Positions 63,189 to 64,000 of a stretch of DNA of 64,000 nt are shown one piece after another. How positions within the stretch are numbered: position 1 is the first letter of the stretch; each line of letters starts with the position of its first letter. The notes below the pieces were generated by a model. The model had not been told where the DNA came from and made no database searches. It worked only from the letters and a program-made list of their open reading frames with translations. The position numbers were made by a program, and so were the translations under genes. Source of the stretch: Isurus oxyrinchus (lineage: Eukaryota); contig JANJGN010000026.1 in assembly GCA_026770705.1 (NCBI GenBank), positions 38,502,001 to 38,566,000 of the forward strand, written 5' to 3'.

Positions 63189-64000
63189 GCTCACGCCGTC
63201 AAAGCAGAAAGAATTATTCAACTCCCACTGTGAGATCACATGGAGCATGTTAAAAGATTATAAAACATTTAATATTCAACAAGAAGAGTTGAGGTCCACT
63301 TGTACATTTAGATTAGTTTGCCTTTGCAAATTGAATTTATAATTAAAAGCGAGCTTTACAAATGGCAATGTAATGCCTCGATTTCATTTTTCTTTATCGA
63401 CCCATTTCCCTGCGGACTTGTTTCTTATCGTCCCGTCTCCATTCGGTAATCAGAATTGTGAACAGTTTCCCCTTTCATTCTTTAATTTAAGAGATGGTTC
63501 TTTGCTACTTCTCTGTCCATTAAGTCAGAACAACCCCAACCCAAATGCCTATATATTCAGCCCTGGATTCAAGCGAGGTGATTCATGAAAATTTCGCTTA
63601 TTATTGAATAATATAATAACCCTGATACTCCTGCCCCGAACAGATTCGTATCCAGTGCGGAATGAATATGGAAGTACCACATCTCTTCCGGAGAGACAGG
63701 GTTATATCCTTTCCGAAGGGGAAATTACTATTTAATTCAGTTCCTTGCAAGTGAATCCGAATGTGTGATATCAATGCCTGCTATAACCCCGCCCATAGCA
63801 TCGGTTTGCTGTCGTCGGTATGACCCGCCTTCCTCGTCCTTTATTGTTGGAGAACTTCTTGCCTTTGTTCTCTGTTTGGAATTGATTGGATGAGCAGCTC
63901 AGTGAGGACCCGGGGTGGGATGTGGTACTTCTACTCCGACAGGGTGCTTCCCCGGACTTCACAGTTAACAGACACAGCGAAAATCATGCAGAATCGTCTC

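Noticed and set aside
63770-64000. Possible leader/V start or CACAGCG heptamer at the window edge
   Set aside because: Truncated by the window end, with no YYC or nonamer visible.

Overview
This is eukaryotic genomic DNA, almost certainly from a cartilaginous fish (shark), covering part of the T-cell receptor alpha/delta variable-segment region. It holds two NAR-TCR-type cassettes: leader, IgNAR-like V with a 22-nt-spacer RSS, a 12-D-12 segment, a 23-RSS J, and a leaderless supporting V-delta. One cassette is on + (4154-8618) and an inverted paralog is on - (33361-37452); both are pseudogenised. About a dozen further TRAV/TRDV-like segments or fragments lie in both orientations. Nearly all are pseudogenes; one (53255-53768) has an open frame and a perfect RSS but lacks Cys23 and Trp41. 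Interleaved are three members of a two-exon GPR139/GPR142-like GPCR family: one intact (40762-42627), one pseudogene, and one with only exon 1 in the window. The rest is CR1-type LINE fragments, SINEs, Penelope-like fragments, satellites and two N gaps. The standout observation is a head-to-tail tandem array of six recombination-signal heptamers (five complete 23-RSS, ~62-bp period) at 33045-33360, directly behind the second supporting V-delta. All calls were made by eye; no alignments or database searches were run.
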